Positions 59,721-64,000 of a DNA stretch of 64,000 nucleotides are shown here, piece by piece. Positions within the stretch are counted from its first letter, which is position 1. Each line of letters starts with the position of its first letter. The stretch lies in assembly GCA_002306345.1 (NCBI GenBank), contig DBRQ01000009.1, positions 85,197 through 149,196 on the forward strand, read 5' to 3'. The notes beneath the pieces are model-generated. The model had not been told where the DNA came from. It was given only the letters and a program-made list of their open reading frames with translations, and ran no database searches. The DNA is from Candidatus Pacebacteria bacterium UBA1364 (GTDB lineage Bacteria > Patescibacteriota > Microgenomatia > UBA1400 > PJMF01). The position numbers and the translations under genes were made by a program.

Positions 59721-61364
59721 ATGAAAATGAAAAAATTTTTTGCCTTGGTTTTTTTCTCTTTATTAACTCTTATTAGTTGTCATTATTTTTTCCACCCCGG
59801 GGTACCAGTTACTCATGATGGCAATAATCATTTAGTGCGTTTTGCCAATTACAAAATAGCGTTGCGCGAATTACAAATTCCGCCTCGTTTGGCTCCAAAT
59901 TTGTTAAATGGCTATGGTTATCCGGTCTTTAATTATAATTATCCATTGGCTAATATTTTATCCCTCCCTTTTTCTATTCTTAATTTCCATTATGAGACAA
60001 CTTTTAAAATAATTATTAGCCTCTCTGTTTTTTTTGCTTTTGTCGGGGCAAATTTATTTTTAAAAAGTAAAAAATTTAAAAGAAATGCCAGAATTTTTTC
60101 CTTGCTTGTTTTTGCCCTCAATCCTTATATTTTTACTAGCATTATTTTTCGAGGTAATATTGGAGAAATAATGGCTTGGAGTATTTTACCTTGGATTTTT
60201 TATTTCATAGAAAAAATTAAAACAAGCCAGGTTTTGCTTGAAAAAAATTTGCTTTTTTTAACTATTTCTTTAAGTCTTTTACTTTTAGCACACAACGTAA
60301 CTGCACTTTTTGCTTGCATTTTAATCGGTTTTTATTTGTTATTTAATTTCGGGCGCAATTGGTCAGCTTGGAAAAAATTTATTGTCAGTTTTATTTGGGC
60401 TTTTGCCATTGCTTTATGGTTTTGGTTGCCAGCAATGCTCGAAAAAAATTTAGTGACATTAGACGACGTTGATTTGACTCTCAATTATTACAAACATTTT
60501 CCAACGCTTAGTCAATTAATTCGTTTGCCCATTTCTTTTGGCTATTCTTATTGGGGCAGTATTGACTCAATGTCTTTTGGTTTGGGAGCTTTGCAATTAA
60601 TTTTAATTTTTTTATCTTTATTTTATTTGTTTAAAAACAAAGCCAAAGACAATCTTGTTTTTATTCTTGCCCTTTTTATTTTAATTTTAGGTCAATTGCC
60701 CATTACTAAACCACTTTATGATTTTTTACCGTTCGTTAAATTTATTCAGTTTCCTTGGCGCTTGACACTGTTAATTTCCATAGTTTTATTGCCCATTAGC
60801 GCTCTTATTTTTGAAAACGCTAAAAAATATTGGAAAATTTTGCTCGTTATTTTGACTTTTTTGCAATTATTACAATTTATTAAAACTGAGCCTATAGATT
60901 ATCGGCATAAAGATGAAATTGATTATGATGCCAGTAGTGAAACCACCTCAGTAAATCAAGAAAATATGCCAAAAAGCTTTACTTTTGCTTTTTTTGAGAC
61001 AAAACAAGAGCCAGTTTTTATTTTAAAAGGAGCTGGTCAAGTGACTGTTAAAGATTTTTTTGGCTCTTATCGTCACTACTTGTTGCAGTTGGAAGAAAAA
61101 TCAATTGTTGTTGAATCAACCGCCTTTTTTCCAGGTTGGCAAAGTAAAGTTAATGGTCAGAAAATTAATTATTTAGATAATGAAGAAATCAAAGGGCGGA
61201 TTGCCTACGAATTAGAAGCTGGTCAATATGAAGTTAGTACACGCTTTACTCAACAAACTTGGCCTAGGATAGTTGGCAACAGTGTTAGCGCTTTCGCTTT
61301 ATTGCTTTTACTTTTTGTAAGTTTTGATTTTTGGCAAAAGGATAGAAAAAATAAAAAACAGTGA
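59721..61364 (+). CDS. Polytopic membrane protein, second GT-C-like family, with C-terminal extracytoplasmic domain and TM anchor
   Basis: 547 aa with THDGNNHLVRFANY, GYGYPVFNYNYPL, FIQFPWRL and FPGWQSKVNGQK motifs, then a terminal TM helix and KDRKNKKQ tail. Confidence 0.72.
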   Translation: MKMKKFFALVFFSLLTLISCHYFFHPGVPVTHDGNNHLVRFANYKIALRELQIPPRLAPNLLNGYGYPVFNYNYPLANILSLPFSILNFHYETTFKIIISLSVFFAFVGANLFLKSKKFKRNARIFSLLVFALNPYIFTSIIFRGNIGEIMAWSILPWIFYFIEKIKTSQVLLEKNLLFLTISLSLLLLAHNVTALFACILIGFYLLFNFGRNWSAWKKFIVSFIWAFAIALWFWLPAMLEKNLVTLDDVDLTLNYYKHFPTLSQLIRLPISFGYSYWGSIDSMSFGLGALQLILIFLSLFYLFKNKAKDNLVFILALFILILGQLPITKPLYDFLPFVKFIQFPWRLTLLISIVLLPISALIFENAKKYWKILLVILTFLQLLQFIKTEPIDYRHKDEIDYDASSETTSVNQENMPKSFTFAFFETKQEPVFILKGAGQVTVKDFFGSYRHYLLQLEEKSIVVESTAFFPGWQSKVNGQKINYLDNEEIKGRIAYELEAGQYEVSTRFTQQTWPRIVGNSVSAFALLLLLFVSFDFWQKDRKNKKQ

Positions 61365-63048
61365 TAAACAGAGCAACCAGAGAGAGACTGTCGCCAATTT
61401 TTCTGGCAGTAGTGTTTTCACTTAAATAAATACCCACTTGGTGATGACCGGCAGGCACGCTAATTTGAATGTTTCCTAAACTGCTATTTGTTTGAATATC
61501 TTGTTTTTGGCCATCAATTTCAGCTTGCCAGCCAGCAAAATTGGCTACTTTGAAATTGACAAGCTCAGCTTCCCTTAATTCAAGACTGATTAATTTTTCG
61601 AAACTATGATCAACAATTGTTTCTAATTTATCTATTTCTTGGCCACTGGCTAGCCACACTGCAGGTAATTCTTGATTACTTTTTAATAAAATTGTTTGCT
61701 CTGCCATTTGCTTTGGAATGTAGTCAGGCAAAATGGCGCTCATTTCATTTTGAATTCTTTCCGCATCAGTGTAATAAAGAGCGTCTTGCTCATCTAAATA
61801 TTTTTCTGGTTTAAAATAAGTTGCATTAAAAAGTAAAACAAATAATATAAAAAGTCCGTATAAACCGCGTTGCTGCCGATTTTTAATCAAGTAAGCTGAA
61901 ATTGCCAAGAGAATAGCGATGAAAAAAACCGCTACAGAGAGAAAACGCCAAGGAAATTGAATAAATTGTAAAATTGCTAAATTATCCCAAATAAATTGAC
62001 TCTTCATCAAACTCATAAAAAGAGCAAACAAAGTAAAAAAACCAAAAAGCAAAATTAAAAAGAACAAATGACTTTTGCGAAATTTTTTGAAATTTTTATA
62101 TAAATGAAAAGCACAAAAAAGGCCCAAACATAAAAGTCCCAATAATTGGCCTTTACCCAAGAAAAAAGAAATCCCATCGTCAGGACCCCAAACTGAGCCC
62201 TCATATTGCCAGCGATCTTGGAAAAATTGTCTAATGTAAAGAAAATGATTCGAATAATGAAAATAACCGGAAAAAATTGTATTAATGACGGTTAAATCTT
62301 TTTCCAGCAGAGCAGGAACAACGTAAAAAGCTGACGCCGCGCCGGCCAACAAAAATTGTGCAGCTAAAGGCCATAGTAACTTCATTTTTTTCTGATGCAG
62401 CAAGTAAATAAAAGTAAAGACAGCAGCGAGAGGAATAAAAATTAAAGCAGTTAAATTATGGGAAAGAAGAATGGCAAATAAAGAAATAAACAAAATAAAT
62501 AAGTATTTTTTTCTTTGTTCTTTAGTGAAGGCAATGATGGCGAAAAGGACCAAAGGCAAAAAAGCCATGGCAAAAGTTTCACTCAAAGCTTCTCTGACAA
62601 AAAGATTGACGCTACGATATGGCGCTAATGTGTAAGCAGCAGCGAGTAATAAACCGCCCCATCTACCCAGTAATTTTCTGCCCAAAAAGTAGGCTCCAAG
62701 TAAAGTGATAGCGTTTACTAATAAATATAAAATTTTTATACTAGTAACCACACTGCAACCAAGCTTGCAAAAAATAGCCCCAATGAAATAAGGCAGAGGA
62801 GCATAAAAATTAAAAAGCGGCATCCCAAATCCATAACCGAAATTACCACTCCAGCGAACTGGGAATTGTCCTTCATCAAGAGCCCTCGACATTTCGGCAA
62901 TTCTACTGGCATGAGTGAAATCATGGCCGCGAAAAAAACTTTCGTGGAGAACTGAGTAACTGCTGGCCAGAAAAATGAAGAATAAAAAAATCACTACAAA
63001 ATAACTTTTGAGAAAAGAGAATAGTTGATGTAAAAATTTATTTAGCAT
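61285..63048 (-). CDS. Paralog of 59721-61364 (same polytopic family), convergent
   Basis: 587 aa with GHDFTHASRIAEM, GYGFGMPLFNFYAPL, FIQFPWRF and FAGWQAEIDGQK motifs, then a terminal TM helix and KVKAIKRKR tail. Confidence 0.72.
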   Translation of the reverse strand: MLNKFLHQLFSFLKSYFVVIFLFFIFLASSYSVLHESFFRGHDFTHASRIAEMSRALDEGQFPVRWSGNFGYGFGMPLFNFYAPLPYFIGAIFCKLGCSVVTSIKILYLLVNAITLLGAYFLGRKLLGRWGGLLLAAAYTLAPYRSVNLFVREALSETFAMAFLPLVLFAIIAFTKEQRKKYLFILFISLFAILLSHNLTALIFIPLAAVFTFIYLLHQKKMKLLWPLAAQFLLAGAASAFYVVPALLEKDLTVINTIFSGYFHYSNHFLYIRQFFQDRWQYEGSVWGPDDGISFFLGKGQLLGLLCLGLFCAFHLYKNFKKFRKSHLFFLILLFGFFTLFALFMSLMKSQFIWDNLAILQFIQFPWRFLSVAVFFIAILLAISAYLIKNRQQRGLYGLFILFVLLFNATYFKPEKYLDEQDALYYTDAERIQNEMSAILPDYIPKQMAEQTILLKSNQELPAVWLASGQEIDKLETIVDHSFEKLISLELREAELVNFKVANFAGWQAEIDGQKQDIQTNSSLGNIQISVPAGHHQVGIYLSENTTARKIGDSLSLVALFITVFYFFYPFAKNQNLQKVKAIKRKR

Positions 63049-63782
63049 CGCTCTTTAGATTTTAAAGAAGAAAATTTAATACTTAAATAAGTAGTTAAAG
63101 CTTGCCAACAGGCTTTAATAATGATTTTAAAATTAGCGCCGGTAGCTTGACCGTAAAGTCGGGGATAGTGAGTAACGGCAATTTCTTTAAATTTCACTCC
63201 CTTTTTCTTAAGACGATAAAGAATTTCTGCACTGGTAAAAGCACTGCCAGAATTAAGCTTTAAGTTTTTGAGTAAATCTGCCTTAAATAGTTTAAAAGCA
63301 CAATCAATATCTTTGACGTGAATGCGAAATAATAAGTCAATGTAAATTTTAAAAAGATTGGCATTTAAACGCCTTTTGAAACCCTCTGCTCTTTTTTTTC
63401 TATATCCAATAATTGCATCATACTGTGTACTTGCCTCTACAAAATTGGCTAATTCTGCTAAATCAAACTGCAAATCGCTGTCAGTCCAAAAAATCCATTC
63501 ATATTGGCTTTTTTTAATACCAGTTTTGAGTACTTCACCATAACCTTTATTAGATTGGTGAGAATAGATTTTTATATGTGCATCTTCACTTTGCAATTTT
63601 TTAGCAATACTCAAACTAGCGTCGGTGCTGCCGTCATTAATGATTAATAACTCATATTGATGAGCCAAAGTGGGCACAATGCGCAGAGCTTGTTTGATTA
63701 AAACCTCTAAATTGGCTTCTTCATTGTAAACAGGAAAGAAAACCGATAGAGACCTAAGTTTTTTCATGACAGTTGCTATCAT
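63042..63782 (-). CDS. GT2 glycosyltransferase (polyprenyl-phosphate sugar synthase-like, GtrB/DPM1-like)
   Basis: VFFPVYNEEANL, INDGSTDAS and WTDSDLQFD (DxD) motifs. 7-nt overlap with the downstream membrane protein gene. Confidence 0.82.
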   Translation of the reverse strand: MIATVMKKLRSLSVFFPVYNEEANLEVLIKQALRIVPTLAHQYELLIINDGSTDASLSIAKKLQSEDAHIKIYSHQSNKGYGEVLKTGIKKSQYEWIFWTDSDLQFDLAELANFVEASTQYDAIIGYRKKRAEGFKRRLNANLFKIYIDLLFRIHVKDIDCAFKLFKADLLKNLKLNSGSAFTSAEILYRLKKKGVKFKEIAVTHYPRLYGQATGANFKIIIKACWQALTTYLSIKFSSLKSKERC

Positions 63783-63945
63783 ACTATTAATGAGCCCATA
63801 GCGAAATAAAGAAAAGCCTTTTTGTGTCGGCGAAAATAAACTAGATTAAAAAACAAGCTAATTTAAAATAAGCTAGATTAAAAATCAGTTAAAATGTAGT
63901 AAAATGGACCCTGGTTGATTCTTTTTATTTTGTTATGGGTCTATT

Positions 63946-64000
63946 ATGTCTATTTCAGTAGTCACTATCGCTAAAAATGCTGAAAACACCATTCTTAAGA
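63946..64000 (+). CDS. Partial CDS (5' end only), probable GT2 glycosyltransferase
   Basis: MSISVVTIAKNAENTILK resembles a GT2 N-terminal beta1-loop. It runs off the window. Confidence 0.45.
   Translation, partial: MSISVVTIAKNAENTILK

Overview
AT-rich, very gene-dense bacterial window with about 65 CDS and 2 tRNAs. I found no rRNA, CRISPR array, integrase/transposase or prophage signature. The standard genetic code applies, since TGA ends conserved genes at the expected lengths. The gene content suggests a small-genome Patescibacteria/CPR-like organism, but this is inference only. Supporting traits are many short membrane-anchored hypotheticals, fused enzymes, insertions in housekeeping proteins, frequent gene overlaps, a PFL plus ADP-forming acetyl-CoA synthetase fermentation module, and many GT-C membrane glycosyltransferases. 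Layout: (i) 1-35 kb is housekeeping (dac, gltX, ybeY, dnaX, ybaB, rdgB, fbaB, frr, rseP, secDF, cca, recJ, prmC, pflBA, acd, a coaD-coaE fusion, xth), interspersed with secreted or anchored hypotheticals. (ii) 36-40 kb is a small two-component island. It holds a sensor kinase, direct repeats plus a promoter, a structured leader RNA with mutually exclusive antiterminator/terminator hairpins, an unknown coiled-coil protein, tRNA-Gln, an OmpR-type regulator with Glu at the phospho-acceptor position, and a stand-alone kinase ATPase domain. (iii) 40-64 kb is an envelope-glycosylation supercluster. It has eight GT-C-like polytopic proteins, three or four GT2 polyprenyl-phosphate-sugar-synthase-like genes, GDP-, UDP- and dTDP-sugar modification genes, an LCP ligase and a Wzx-like flippase, with trmD embedded. 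The best candidates for undescribed biology are the leader RNA and atypical two-component island, and the GT-C supercluster. The supercluster includes a convergent paralog pair whose 3' ends overlap by 80 nt, with each protein's membrane anchor encoded antisense to the other's Lys/Arg tail. All functional calls rest on motifs read by eye from the translations; no database search was run.
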